Assembly: GCA_964106645.2 (NCBI GenBank)
Contig: OZ067045.1
Length of the DNA stretch: 64,000 nt
Direction: 5' to 3' (one strand)
Origin: Podarcis pityusensis
Lineage: Eukaryota
Numbering within the stretch: the first letter of the stretch is position 1; each line of letters begins with the position of its first letter. Made by a program: the position numbers and the translations under genes. The notes beneath the pieces were generated by a model. That model made no database searches. It was not told the DNA's origin and was given only the letters and a program-made list of their open reading frames with translations. Positions 1 through 28,810 of the stretch are shown piece by piece.

Positions 1-2101
1 AACATCAAAATGCAAAATGCATAATAAAACCCTCCAGGAGTGGACGCCCCCCCAGCGGTGGCAGCCGATGGTTAGGGTGACGGGAGCAGTAAGAGGACAA
101 AGCGAGCCTTGCAGACCAAGGAACCGCCTAGTCCAGCACCTTTTTCTCACGGTCCTTCAGTGCCATTCAGACGTTGCTGGACCCAGAGGTGGATTTAGAG
201 GCGCTCAAGTTGTTCAGTAGCACTGGGCGTGGAGCCTCGAAGGCACCTGCAGCAGATGCCACAACAGTGATGTAAAATGAAAGACAAGAGATGGGGGTGT
301 GCACAGAATTTTGGCACCACTTGCTGGACCATCGCCCCTGATCGTTGGCCGTGCAGGCTGCAGGGAGTTGGGAATCCAGCAGCACCTGGAGGGCATCATG
401 TTGACTAGCCTTGCTCCAAGCTGTTGTCCTGATTGCAGCGCTGTCACTCCAAGGAGCCACATCAGCACATCCTCTGCTCGCTGTTTGAGCAGAAATGATT
501 TTTCTCATGACAATAATCATGTGTTGTCTGCTCTCTCTATAAGGATCTTATAAGATCCCAGCCAGAGTGGTGTAGTGATGAGAGAGTTGGACCAGGCCAG
601 GTTCAAATCCGCACTTGGCTTTGAAGCTCCTTGGCCAGTCACTCTCTCACAGGCTCACCACGGAGCAGCCTGCTGGATCAGGCCAATGTCCCATCTAGTC
701 CTGCATCCTGTTTTCAAAGTGCCCAACTAGATGCGTGCCAGGAACATGCAAGCAGGACATCGGCGCAACAGGACCTCTTTCCTCCTTCGGTTTCCAACAA
801 CTGGTATGTGGCAGAAGAGCATAGCCTCCATCATGGCTAGTAGTCATTGGTCACTACCTTCTCCATGAATTTGTCCGATTCTGTTTAAAATCCATCCAAG
901 TTGGTGGCCATCACTATCTCCTGTTGGAGCGAATGCCATAGGTTAACTTAACTGTAGCCCAACATCATGTTCTAGATTGTGGTAGGAGATCCGTGTGTGA
1001 TTTCCTGGCATTGGAACAAGGGGCAGCGAGTAGTTGCCCAAGGCTTGCCTGTTGCCTTGCTAGCAGTGGTAGGGCTTGAATGCCATATCCAGTTATCTTT
1101 CTAATCCCCACCACCAATTTAAATACCCCCTGTATTCAACCTGATGTTCTCTGGATGTTTTGGCATATAACTCCGCTTAAGCCTGTGCCGCTGTATGATT
1201 CTGGGCCTGATGGAAGCATAGCTTTGCTGTTTGGGACTGATGGGACTTGTAGTCCAAAATATCCCAAGTTGGGAAAGGCTGATCTGGGTGCCTTCAGTTG
1301 GAGGATCAGTCTGGACTTCAGTACAAAAAGACTTTAGAAAGATAATCATCTTTCTAGCATGCTCATCTAGTGAATGAGAAGTACAGCACAAGTTGAGTGT
1401 CACAGTTTAGTATAAAAAGCCCACATGCACACATTACCTGAGGCAAAGCTATTTGGGAAGGTTGCTTATTATCAGCAGCTGAAAAAGCGAGGCTGTTTGG
1501 AAGTCACAACTCCTATTCTAGCATTAAAAACATCTGATGAAGGGTAGCATCATCATCAAGCTGACTACAGTACTAGGTGGAACTATATTTAAAGGCTGCC
1601 TTTCTATCCAAGGCAGTGAACAAAAAGTACATTATTATAATAAAACATTAAAAGTACAAAAAATACCCAATATATTAAAATATAATTTAGCCCATATAAA
1701 AGCCATTTCCTGAGCTGCAGCAATATGATGAGAGGGGGGATTTCTAGTAGTGAAAGGGAGGTTTCCTACTAAAGTTAATTTAGCATTTCCTTATAATTTG
1801 GTCTCTTAAATGACTTGTAGTCCCCAGTTCCTGCTTCTGAAGACACAACTGGTAGTGGAAATGCTTGTTGATATGTTTTTTATAATTAATACCTGAGACA
1901 CTGTGACCTTAAGGTTTATTGGATTGTAGTCATAAGATGTGTTTTCAACCAGCATTCTTCAGTTACACAAATATTAGAGCTTAAGTTTATATGAGAGTCC
2001 ATGTCCCCGTGTATCTTCCAGAGATTTCAGTTAAAGGGTTTATCTGGATACAAATGGTTTCAGTGCCGGTCATATCAATTTTCTTTACAGACTGACCCCC
2101 T

Positions 2102-17698
<15,597 letters not shown>

Positions 17699-18603
17699 AG
17701 CAAATGCCTTCATGCCTTTCTCAGCCATTAACTGTCCTCTACATTAATTTATGATGACTAATAATACCCTCTCTATGCAGCAGTTCCCAAGGCTCTCCCT
17801 GTAACGCCACAAGAGTTTCACATTCTTTCTGATCTCAGTTGTTAAATTAGGGAGGAGAGAGGAACTCTTAGGAGATATCACTAAACTTAATTCAAGTAGT
17901 ATTTGGCTGCTCACTGATCCTCTTCAGGCTTTACTCTGCTGAACCTTAATCCAAAAATCAAGCAAATTAATAACCTATAAAAATCTGTTTGTGATATGCT
18001 GAGCGCATAAATTCATCTGTTTCCTCTCTTTCAAGCTGCAAACATAGAATTTCCTCCAAAGCTCATAAACCTTTGGTGGATTCCCCAAGTGCTGTGCCAA
18101 TAGCTCTACTTCTTGTGAGCGACAACAAAATGATGTTTACGTTGGAAGGAAATGAGCATATGCAGGAAGATTGTGTTTTTTGTTGTCAGGAATTCTTCAA
18201 AAGATAAATAAATCACAAGTTCTTCCAGGCTTCCGTTTCAGGGAGAGGGAGGAGATAGGAGTTACAGGAAAAGAGAAGCCAAAGGAAGGGATTCCATAAA
18301 TAGCTTCTTGGTTCCATTCTTGGCACAGTTTGCCAAAGGATGGATCTGCACTTGATTTGTGCTATGAACTTTCAGTTCCAGCAAGTGCCGATATGCACTG
18401 AATCATCTAACTCGAGTTGGACAACCCCTTAAGTAATGCTTTAAGGCCTAGACCAGCAACTTAAAGGCCTAGACTGAGGGTTAGTTCGATATAGAGATTT
18501 AAAAATAGGTTTACTGTTGGAAAAACGACTCTGGTACCTCTACATCTTGTACCCTGGCCTCGTATCACATTGCAGTGAAGGGCAGGTTTAAAATATTTTA
18601 AAT

Positions 18604-18613
18604 AATAAATAAA
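18604..18613 (+). terminator. Candidate STAMBP polyadenylation signal (overlapping AATAAA x2)
   Basis: AATAAATAAA about 900 nt after the stop; an alternative AATAAA is at 18207-18212. Confidence 0.45.
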
Positions 18614-20335
18614 TACACCTATAAAAAGAACGTAAGTGTGATGACACTTCTCTCTTTCTCAAGCAGGTGTAGCCAATGTATGTTCCAGATGTTCCACGAC
18701 TCTAAACTCTCATCCACCCAGTCAGCATTTGCCAATGGCCAGGGATGATGGGAGCTGTAGTCCAGCAACACCTGAAAGGCCACAGGTTCCCCATCCCTAC
18801 CCTACAGATTGTGTCTTGCCACCCCGCCTTGTCACTTGATTGCAGCTGCTTCTTCCAGTCTGTAAATTGTAAACAGATCAGTGGGTGAGAAGCATTATCT
18901 ACAACTCTGCGGCATGGAATGCTTACTGGGAGCGGAGGGGAAACTGACAGCTAGCTGGGAGGGGGAATAGAATGGAGAAGATGGAAAGGGAGGAAGAGAC
19001 ACAAAGATAAGAAGCAAGCAGAGAAGACCCATCTCCTTGTCTGCATAGGCCATGCCCTGGTTCACATTGAAAAGCCATCTACTGTACAGTACTCCCAGGT
19101 ACAGAAGTGAGTGCTACCCTGAAGAAGAAAAAAATCAATATTTTTATGTAGTTGGCTCCAACACCAGTGTGCCTAACCTCACCCCCAATACCCTAAAAGA
19201 TAACAGCAAAATGAAAATATATAAAAAATAATATATTTATATTTATTTATTTATATTTATAATATATATATAGAGAGAGAGAGACTGTGTCAGACCAACA
19301 CGGCTACCTACCTGAATCTAGCAAAATGAAAAGTTCCTCTTTTTCCTATTCTGTGTGAACCGCACTGCGGGGCTGTCATAAGCCACTCTCTCCCACCCTT
19401 CCTATCTGCAATATGGAGAATGAACTGGAGTTGCTTTGGAATTTGCAGCAGAAGTTGTTTTAAAGCACACTAAGTAAGAATTGAATAAAAAAGTAAGTCC
19501 CATAAGTTTAGCCATGCACTATGGGAAGAAGCCGTTTATTTTATCAATATCTGCAAAGCTGACAAACGATGGCGGTGAAAGCAAGTATGTGAGAACCACT
19601 GGCAAGAGGGGCTGCTCAGCTTGGGAGCTCCAGGAGACGAAGCATATTCCCTTGGCAGCTTCTTAAATCTCTTCCCCTGCAATGTGAGTGTGTGTGTGTT
19701 GTTACACTCCACTTAAGTGAGGCCTAGCTGGCCTGGCGAACACCCCACATGAATTCTGTGTGCATCTACATCAGCCTTCCTCAACCTGGCGTCCTCCAGA
19801 TGTTCTAGACTCGTAATTCCCATCAGCACAGCACTGCCCAAGTAATTTTGCTTCCTGAGACAAAGGGCAAGATGGCGCCCTCCCATTCCACCTACAGAAT
19901 CTGATCAGCAGTTGAATCTTACTTCACCTTTGGTGATGGGTCAGAATTGTAGAGTTGGACCCAAAGGGTCATCTGGTTCAACTCCCTGTAATGCAGGTAC
20001 ACAGCTAAGGAATCCCTGACAGATGGCCTTCCAACCTCTGGTTAAAAACCTCCGTTCCATTAACCACATTGGCAGGCGGGGCAGGAGGACCAGCGGAAGA
20101 CAAAGACAGTGTAAAAAAAGTAAGAAGAATTCAGAAATAAGGAATCAAATGCAGCTTTGGTTTTAAAATAGTTGCAAACCTAACATAAATTTGTACATGA
20201 AATAACTTTATGGAATCAAATGACAATTAAGAAAGAACAATGTATATCTGCCTATATCCAAAGCAAAAGAGCACGAACACAGTATACTGACAAAATATAA
20301 ACAATGGGAACAGATGATGGTGATGATTGCTATTA

Positions 20336-20566
20336 CAGTGGTACCTCGGGTTAAGAACTTAATTCGTTCTGGAGGTCCGTTCTTAATGTGAAACTGTTCT
20401 TAACCTGAGGTACCACTTTAGCTAATGGGGCCTCCCGCTGCTGCCGCGCAATTTCTGTTCTCATCCTGAAGCAAAGTTCTTAACCCGAGGTACTATTTCT
20501 GGGTTAGCGGGGTCTGTAACCAGAAACGTCTGTAACCTGAAGCATCTGTAACCCGAGGTACCACTG
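20336..20566. mobile_element. Tc1/mariner MITE, family A (opposite orientation)
   Basis: TA|CAGTGGTACCTCGGG...CCCGAGGTACCACTG|TA. Confidence 0.9.
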
Positions 20567-20925
20567 TATCACCATTATTTATTACCCAGCCTTCCCCGTA
20601 ACATTGCAGGGTGGGTTACAACAGTTTAAAAATACAGCAGTAAAACAATTTGAAAAACTTAACAATTACAAAAAAACACAATCACAAAAAACAACATAAA
20701 ATGACAATAGCATCTAACAAAAAGTAACAAAAATTCATACAGTTGCTTGTATTTAGGTTTCCAATCTTTCTGCATTAGAAATATTCATGGCTGTTTTTCT
20801 AATAAGATATAACTCACAAAGTATCACAGAACCCAAACATGTTCAGACCTCTGTCTTTCTCAGTGGTCTCTGTACTCTGGACACAAAAACAAGTGTACAA
20901 GTATATATTGTGTGTATGTGTACAT

Positions 20926-20965
<40 letters not shown>
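20926..20965. repeat. (CA)n microsatellite with embedded (CG)n
   Basis: acacacgcgcgcacacaca...; alternating purine-pyrimidine. Confidence 0.95.
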
Positions 20966-20967
<2 letters not shown>

Positions 20968-21651
20968 AAATGGAGGTGCTCCCCCAAGCATATGCCATCT
21001 GTGCCCCAGAATCCTTTGCACTGCAGTGCGGTTTCACAGCAGAGAACGGTAGTTCTTGGGCCAGCTTGTGGCATGGCAGGGGGTTCCTGGAAAGCACAAA
21101 CCTTCTGAAAAGTGCTCTCTAGTGTGAGAGGCTTGGGAGGCGTTGCCCAGTGGCAGCTGCTTCCCTGGGCCAGTCCCCGGAAGTGTGGTTTTTCTGCTTT
21201 TGGAGCTCGGGCTATGAGCCTGGGAGAGCAACAGCCTCCCCCCTTCGCCTGCTGGGAGATGCCAAGGATTCCCTGCAGCTTCTCTTCCTCCTTCCCGCTG
21301 GCCTGCTTTGTGTCATAGGTTTCTGCTGCTTCTCTTGCTGCTGCAGCTGCATTCCATTCCAGTGGCAGATGCTGGGATACCAAGCGCCCATGGTGGGGCT
21401 GCAAGGGAAGCTGGATTGGCTGCCTGGGTCAAATGCTTCCTTATTAGGCTGTCCACTGCCTGTCAGGGTTTGGGGCTTTCAAATGCAAGTGTTGTCTTTT
21501 CGCCCAAAAGCTCCCAGGGTTTCTGTGAAGGACCCCCTTCTTGCTCGGTTCAGTGGGCGTTGGCTTCCTCCTTTGCTTGAGCACAAGGCAGCCTAAAAGC
21601 CCTCCAGTTTCAGGACTGCAGTGGGCAAGGCATCCTGGAAAGTAGGTAGAT

Positions 21652-21900
21652 CAGGGGTCAGCAACCTTTTTCAGCTGTGGACCAGTCCACTGTCCCTCAG
21701 ACCATGTGGTGGGCTGGACTATATTTTGGAAAAAATATGAACCAATTCCTATGCCCCACAAATAACCCAGAGATGCATTTTAAATAAAAGCACACATTCA
21801 ACTCATGTAAAAACAAGCTGATTCCCAGATCATCTGTGGGCTGGATTGAGAAGGCAATTGGGCCGCATCCGGCCCCCAGGCCTTAGGTTGCCTACCCCTG
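21652..21900. mobile_element. Non-autonomous hAT (Charlie-like) element
   Basis: CAGGGGTCAGCAACC...GGTTGCCTACCCCTG; perfect 8-bp TSD AGGTAGAT. Confidence 0.9.
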
Positions 21901-22261
21901 AGGTAGATCTTCCCTCAGAGGAAGGACTGTAGCTCAGTGGTTGGGTATTTGCTTTGTATGTAGAAGTTGAATGTAGAAGCCACATGGAGCAATGGACTGA
22001 CTTGGTGCAAAGCTGTAGCTGGGAGGTTTTTTTGCCCCGGGTGAAGCCTCCACAAGTGCACCATTGAAGCTCCCAGCCTCTCTCTCTGTGTATGCAAATG
22101 GGGATGGGGGTACCAAACTGAGTCTTTGACCCAGATGAAATAAAGCCTAGTTTTGCCCCTGCTTGGTATAAGGCAGCTTCTTGTGTGTTGCTGTCACAGT
22201 GGTACCTCTGGTTGCGAACGGTGGCACCTTTAGGATATATGGTTTTATTTATACATATGTA

Positions 22262-22902
22262 TAAGGGGTGACCGGAAAGGTCGGTAAATGGTCACAGAAA
22301 TCGGACAGCGAGAAATATTCGAACATCCAATTGGCATCAGAAACCCACGGAATGCTCACAATTGTGGATGGAGATGAAGCTGTAACTCAAAAGACAGCGT
22401 ATGAGTGGTTAAGCGTTTCCATGAAGGGCAGCAAACCATTGAAGATGACCCTCTGTCTGGCAAACCATCGATGAGCAGAACGGCGGCAAATGTCGACAGA
22501 GTCCACAAGTTATTGATGCGGGATTGGCGTTTGTCCGTCCAAATGATGGCGGAAGAATTGCATTTTCCACATGAAATCATTACTGAGGTTACTGAATTGT
22601 CCCACCCTCCATATTTTCCCAATCTGGCCTCACTGGATTTCTTTCTTTTTCCAAAACTGAAATTTGTACTGAAAGGGCACAGATTTTCCAACATTTCACA
22701 CGTCCATGCTGCTGTGACGAGGGAACTGAAAGCAGTACGAAAAGAGGACTTCTCCAGAAGTTTCCAACAGTTCTACGAACGTTGTCAGCGGTGCATTGTA
22801 TCAGAGGGGGCCTACTCTCAAGGCCTGTAAGGTATGTATGCTTGAATGTTTCTCGCTGTCCGATTTCTGTGACCATTCGTTGAACTTTCCGGTCACACCT
22901 TG
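22262..22902 (+). mobile_element. Internally deleted mariner DNA transposon (641 bp)
   Basis: Imperfect TIRs of about 60 bp, TA TSD. Transposase remnants: HTH region DDPLSGKPS and HPPYFPNLASLDFFLFPKLK (YSPDLAP-type motif); the catalytic middle is missing. Confidence 0.9.
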
Positions 22903-23548
22903 TACAACCTGAGCATAAGGTGGAGGAGCTCACAGCATTAAGATCCCATTAGAACTTGTTTCTCCATTTGGATCCAGCCCAGAGCAAGCAGGTCTCTGGG
23001 CTCATCAAGACTTCTGCTTGCCCCAATGCTTTCTAGACACTGGTGTGAGCAGTTTTGCATGCCCCTCCCTTAGCCTGGAGGCCCCATCATTATTTTGGGA
23101 TGCTAATGAAGACACTTAAGCAGCCGGCTAAGGTCAATGCCTTACAAAGAAATTTGTCTGACAAGTCCAGCAACCTCCTCTGTTAGATTCAAACCCTCAC
23201 TGGGTACCAGACCGCCAGAATGAGAAGGGACTCAGGACGTTTTCCAGATGGATCCCCCAAACCCACAACACTAATTAGAGAAGTCAGATAATTTCAGAGC
23301 TGTATGATAAGCCCATATGGAATTTAGAGGTATTTTATGATACCCATCCCCTCCATCAACTGAATGTGAGCATAACCGATGACTGCTGACCCACTCCTCC
23401 CCAACTGGCATGGGTTTTTTAGTTTAGGTTGCTTTTTGATGTTCTGTTTGTTTTATTGGCATTAACAATAGCAGCCACAGCAGCAGCAGCAACAAAAACA
23501 CAATAAAATAATGTTTGTTAAACATGGCTTTGGGTCGTATCCAGTGTA

Positions 23549-23880
23549 AAGGTAAAGGGACCCCTGACCGTTAGGTCCAGTCATGACCGACTCTGGGGTT
23601 GCAGCGCTCCTCTGGCTTTATTGGCCGAGGGAGCCAGCATACAGCTTCTGGGTCATGTGGCCAGCATGACTAAGCCGCTTCTGGTGAACCAGAGCAGCGC
23701 ACAGAAACGCCGTTTACCTTCCCGCCGGAGCGGTACCTATTTATCTACTTGCACTTTGACGTGCTTTCGAACTGCTAGGTTGGCAGGAGCAGGGACCAAA
23801 CAACGGGAGCTCACCCCGCTGACCTTCTGATTGGCAAGTCCTAGGCTCTGTGGTTTAACCCACAGCACCACTCGCGTCCC
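23549..23880 (-). mobile_element. Sauria SINE
   Basis: Reverse copy; 13-bp TSD CGTATCCAGTGTA (23536 and 23881). Confidence 0.92.
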
Positions 23881-24949
23881 CGTATCCAGTGTAGTGCTGT
23901 GCTAAAGTCATTTCAATTTATACTTGCTCCATGGGTGAAATATTTTGTGGAACATTGTTGCACGAGAGAATGCATAAGCAGGTTGCTGCACTGTTTGCTG
24001 CACCATAGATTGCACAATCTGTTGCATACTGTTGATCCCTCTGCCTGTTCCCAGGTCTCAAGGAGGCTTCCCTTTGCCACTGTGAGCTATCAGCATCTAT
24101 CTGCAACTCTTGCCTCCCTCTTTTGCTGCTGCTGCTGCTGCTGCCCACTCCTGGGAGGCTCTGCTTGGCTACTGTGTACATTTATTTTCCTTTAAAAGGC
24201 AGCAGGGAGTTTCTCAGCTTCTGGTTGGATCTTTTAAGGCAGACTTCGCCAACCTGGCCTCCTCCATATGTTTGGGGTTAAATTAAAGCAATAGCTTCAC
24301 ACAGCGCTTAATATAGCTCTTCATCGCCTGGCAATCTCTTTACTCACCTCACACCATGCTTATATTATGTTTACTCAGAAGTAAGTCCTGTTAGCAAAGA
24401 TCCTCTGCAGCTTTAGTGAGAAGGATTCTCCTTAGTGTTTCTGCATCTAGTAGTAACTTCCTGCTCCATACAGGAATGCTCCTGTCAAACTTACATTGGC
24501 AGGGAGTACCACAGGCCCATTATAGGCTCAGGTACAACAAAGGCCAACCTCAGGGGCCTGGGGGACCACCAAAAGTTTGGCAAATCTTGTGCTACTGAAA
24601 TAGTTGCTCCGCAGCTGCCCTGTTATGCTTATGGAGTCATCACATTGATTTGTTAAAGCATTTTAATTGTTTTATATATAATTGCTGTTTGTTTATGTTT
24701 TTTAATTTTTTTACATGAGACATGGTTTTAACTGTTTTTAAGGGAAGATCGTGGCATTTGCTCTGAGGAGGCTAAGTTTATCACGTGATAAGATTTTCAT
24801 AGAGTCACAGAATTGCGGTGTTGGAAGGTGCACAAGGGTCATCGAGGTCAACCCTTGCAATGCGTGTATGTAAGTTATTGCTTCATATATGCTTTTGCTG
24901 CATTGCAAATTGCACTGAGATGCCTCGTAGGAAGCGATTCATTAATAAA

Positions 24950-25612
24950 ACAAATAATGTGACCAAGTTTGCTGATAATAGCAAATGGTTCAGCGCAGTC
25001 AAAACAAAGAGAGGTTGTGAAATGCTCCAGGGACCTAGTGAGGGGGGCATCGAAGTGGAAAAGCACCCGCCTTCATGTATATGCTGAACTGCGTCTTGGG
25101 GTTGTGACCGATAGCTTGAGGAAAACATTGGTGCAATGTGGGGCTGCTCAGAAAAAGGTGGAGAGCATGCTAGAGAACAATTTGGGAAAGGCTTGAAAAG
25201 AAAGCTGCTGATATCATAATGCCATTATATATACCTGGGGTGTGACTCCACTATTAACATCCACTTGGAAGGCTGAGTTCAGTTCTGGTCCCTGCATCTC
25301 AAAAGCGGTACAGTGGTACCTCGGGTTACATATGCTTCAGGTTACATATGCTTCAGGTTACACACTCCGCTAACCCAGAAATAGTGCTTCAGGTTAAGAA
25401 CTTTGCTTCAGGATAAGAACAGAAAACGGGCTCCGGCGGTGCGGCGGCAGCAGGAGGCCCCGTTAGCTAAAGTGGTGCTTCAGGTTAAGAACAGTTTCAG
25501 GTTAAGAACAGACCTCCGGAACGAATTAAGTACTTAACCTGAGGTACCACTGTATTCTAGACCTGGGAAAGGTGCAGAAAAGGGTAGCCAAAATGATCAA
25601 GGGGCCAGAGCA
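24950..25612 (+). mobile_element. Degenerate CR1 fragment interrupted by a MITE
   Basis: KFADNSK (RT-end FADD-like motif), cagttctggtccctgcatctcaaaa and ggaaaggtgcagaaaagggtagccaaaatgatcaagggg. Confidence 0.7.
25311..25552. mobile_element. Tc1/mariner MITE, family A, nested in CR1
   Basis: Same TIRs, TA TSD. Confidence 0.9.
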
Positions 25613-25918
25613 AATCTTGAGTGCCATCAGAGTGGCACTGCCAGTCAGCTATAGAGAATCCTGTACTAACTGCCCAAGAGGCATTCAGTGCCTTTCTTTG
25701 TCACTTCCCTTTCTGCACAAAGCCTGATCTTTGGGGGAAGTTGGTTGCAAGGCCTTCCAGTCAACTTCAGTTACGCACCCTGAATTGCATGGTGCGTGAC
25801 TGAATCCTCCTGGAAAATAGTGATCGTCTGGAAGTGCCCTGCAACTAGTCAAGAGGGGCATCTACCTTGCTGCTGCTGAAACAGCTTCCTGGGCTTTCTC
25901 CCTGTCCCCAGGCCCATC

Positions 25919-25959
<41 letters not shown>

Positions 25960-26175
25960 TATTTATACCCCGCCCATCTGGCTGGGTTTCTCCAGCCACT
26001 CTGAGCGGCTCCCAACAGAATATTAAAAAAATGATAAAACATCAAACATTAAAAACTTCCCTAAACAGGACTGCCTTCAGATGTCTTCTAAAAGTCAGGT
26101 AGTTGTTTATTTCCTTGACATCTGTTGGGAGAGCGTTCCACAGGGCGGGTGCCACTGCTGAGAAGGCCCTCTGCC
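25919..26175 (-). mobile_element. L2 3' end with (AAT)n tail
   Basis: RAFSAVAPALWNALPTDVKEINNYLTFRRHLKAVLF; same 3' UTR as the 38.4-kb copy. Confidence 0.88.
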
Positions 26176-26526
26176 TTGAATACTCTGTGTTGTTTGGAGC
26201 CAGGGAACCAGGTGGAGGACTACCATTTCCACCATGAGCTTCTGGGGCACTTGAGTAACCTTTGCAAGCTCTCCTCCAGAGACCCCCAGCATGTGAGGTA
26301 GGGGGCAACTGAGGAGTGAGCCTGCTTAGTGGTAGCACCACAGCTGTGAAACACTCTCCCCCCCCCCCCCTGCCGCAGGAGCAACATACTGTGTTCTTTT
26401 GGTGCCACACAAAATCCTTTTTATTCTTGATGGCAGTGCTTCCCATTGGTGGTCAGCGGACACCAGGAGGACTGCACAACCCACCCAGGAGGTCCGTAGC
26501 ATCACTCACATAACAAAAACAACCAT

Positions 26527-26882
26527 TGTTGTTGTTGTTGTTTAGTTGTTTAGTCATGTCCGACTCTTCGTGACCCCCTGGACCAGAGCACGCCAGGCAC
26601 TCCTGTCTTCCACTGCCTCCCGCAGTTTGGTCAATCTCATGCTGGTAGCTTCAAGAACACTGTCCAACCATCTCGTCCTCTGTTGTCCCCTTCTCCTTGC
26701 GCCCTCCATCTTTCCCAACATCAGGGTCTTTTCCAGGGAGTCTTCTCTTCTCATGAGGTGGCCAAAGTCTTGGAGCCTCAGCTTCAGGATCTGTCCTTCC
26801 AGTGAGCACTCAGGGCTGATTTCCTTCAGACTGGAGAAGTCTGATCTTCTTGCAGTCCATGGGACTCTCAAGAGTCTCCTCC
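26527..26882 (-). mobile_element. RTE-BovB LINE, 5'-truncated 3' end
   Basis: ORF end ...LLRVPWTARRS..LKEISPECSLEGQILKLRLQDFGHLMRREDSLEKTLMLGK; (CAA)n tail; 11-bp TSD AAAACAACCAT (26516 and 26883). Confidence 0.92.
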
Positions 26883-27054
26883 AAAACAACCATAGAGATA
26901 TCAAAATGTTCAAAAGAACATTCAAAAGTCTGTCCCTTGGCTTTTGAAAAACAGATGTCTGCAGTGCTAAGCTATTTGGGAGCCACTGCTCAAGACCTTT
27001 TACCCTCCGTGGTTTCTGTCTACAGTTCTGGTTGCCTCACCTCAGAAAGGGTAT

Positions 27055-27420
27055 TTTGAAGTGCAACCAAGATGATCAAGGGGATGGAGCGACTCACATA
27101 TGATGAGAGGTTGCAGCATTTAGGACTTTTTAGTTTAGAAAAATGGTGAGTAAGAGGCGGCATGAAATAAGTTTATAAAATCATGCATGGCATGGAGAAA
27201 GTAGATAAAGAAAGATTTTATCCTTCAGCCAGAACAGGATAACTCCTCAACATCCACTGAAGCTGAATGTTTGAAAAATTAATGGCAGATAAAAGAAAGT
27301 CCTTCTTCACACAGTACATAGTTAAACTATGGGACTCACTGCTACAGGAATCAGTAATGGCCACCAATTTGGATAGCTTTTAGAAAAGGATTAGATAATT
27401 CCATAGAGCAGCGGGTTATC
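27055..27420 (+). mobile_element. Degenerate CR1 3' fragment
   Basis: caaccaagatgatcaaggggatggagc...tttagtttagaaaa...ggattagataattccat. Confidence 0.7.
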
Positions 27421-27787
27421 CTAGTTACAGTGGCTCTGTTGTGCCTCCATGGCTGGAGGCAACAAGACTTCTGAATACCAGCTGCTAGAAGCTCCAGGAA
27501 AGGACAGAGCTCTCATGCTCAAATCCTGCTTGTGGGGTTCCCACAGGCATCAGTTTGGCCACTGTGAGAGCAGGATGCTGGATTAGATGGGCCATGGGCC
27601 TGATCCAGTGGTCAACCAGATGCCTGTGGGAGCCCCACGTGGAATCTAAGCACAAGAGCACGCTCCTCTCTTGCAGTTTCCAGCAACTAGTATTCAGAAA
27701 CATAACTGCTTCAGGTCATGGAGGCAGAGCAGAGCAATCACAGCCAATCGCCATCAAAAGCCCTCTGCTCTATGAATCTGTCTAACC

Positions 27788-28040
27788 CAGGGGTAGGCAA
27801 ACTAAGGCCCAGGAGGCCAGATCCAGCCCAATCGCCTTCTAAATCCGGCCCGCGGACGGTCTGGGAACCAGCGTGTTTTCACATGAGTAGAATGTGTCCT
27901 TTTATTTAAAATGCATCCCTGGGTTATTTGTGGGGCATAGGAATTCGTTCATTTCCCCCCTAAAAAAATATAGTCCAGCCCCCCACATGGTCTGAGGGAC
28001 AGTGGACTGGCCCACGGCTGAAGAAGGTTGCTGAGCCCTG
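27788..28040. mobile_element. Non-autonomous hAT element (same family as 21652, opposite orientation)
   Basis: CAGGGGTAGGCAAAC...GCTGAGCCCTG; degenerate TSD gtctaacc/gtcgaatc. Confidence 0.85.
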
Positions 28041-28160
28041 GTCGAATCCTCTTTTAAAGCCATCTAGGCTGGTGGCCTGTGGGAGCGAGTTCCATAGTTC
28101 AAGTGTGCGCTGTGTGAAGAGTCAGACCTTCCAGACAGGGCTGGATTTAGGGCAGTGTGG

Positions 28161-28191
<31 letters not shown>

Positions 28192-28427
28192 GGCTCAACA
28201 ACAACAACAACTTACATTTGCATGGGTACCTATTGAGAAGTTCCATAAAAAGCAACTGTGAAAATAAAAAATATTTAGGGGCGTGCCAAATTTTGTCTTT
28301 GCTTAGGGTGCCATATTATGACCCTGTCCACTCCTGTCTCAGTGGATTGGGCCCTTGATAATGAAGAGGAAGGGTGTGCATTTGGATTTCCTGCTTGTGG
28401 AACCAGAATGTCTTGGTCTGACTCTGG

Positions 28428-28740
28428 CCATTCTTGGTAACTTTCTCACCTCTGTCCCTGGACCGGCTGCCACTTCCTCTCCCAGTGCAGCTTATAAGGA
28501 CTTGCCCCTCACTTGTTTACTGAAGTGTAGCATAAAAGGAGTCAGTTCACAAATGAGGCGTTGCTTCCCAACTTTTTTCCTGCATACATTTTTCTGAAGA
28601 TAATAATTCACCGGGCTCTGTTCTACCATCAGCCCAAGGTCAATATAATGAAATAAAACACCTTATATGGCTAACATACTATCCATTGGCCTTTTTAGGG
28701 TCTTGGCTTGGAGAAGATCCGCCTCTGAGGTTTTATAGTC
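28428..28740 (+). promoter_or_regulatory. ACTG2: ACTG2 smooth-muscle promoter: SRF CArG cluster and TATA-like box
   Basis: Perfect CArG boxes CCTTATATGG (28661-28670) and CCTTTTTAGG (28690-28699). Degenerate CArGs CCATTCTTGG (28428), GCTTATAAGG (28490) and GCATAAAAGG (28530). TTTTATA at 28731. The layout resembles the mammalian ACTG2 proximal promoter as recalled (GAAGATCCGCCTCTG.GGTTTTATA). Confidence 0.88.
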
Positions 28741-28759
28741 TCACTGGTATTTATACCAA

Positions 28760-28810
28760 AGGCATCGTCAGAACAGAGTCCCCGAGGAAAGGAGTTTTCC
28801 TGTACACTTG
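28760..28810 (+). other. ACTG2: ACTG2 non-coding exon 1 (TSS approximate)
   Basis: Starts about 25-30 nt after the TATA-like box and ends at donor TTG|gtgagt (28811); exon 2 acceptor cttccag|32548. Confidence 0.8.

Noticed and set aside
20814-21596. 196-aa (-) and 148-aa (+) ORFs
   Set aside because: No recognisable homology or splice structure; one runs through a (CA)n microsatellite.
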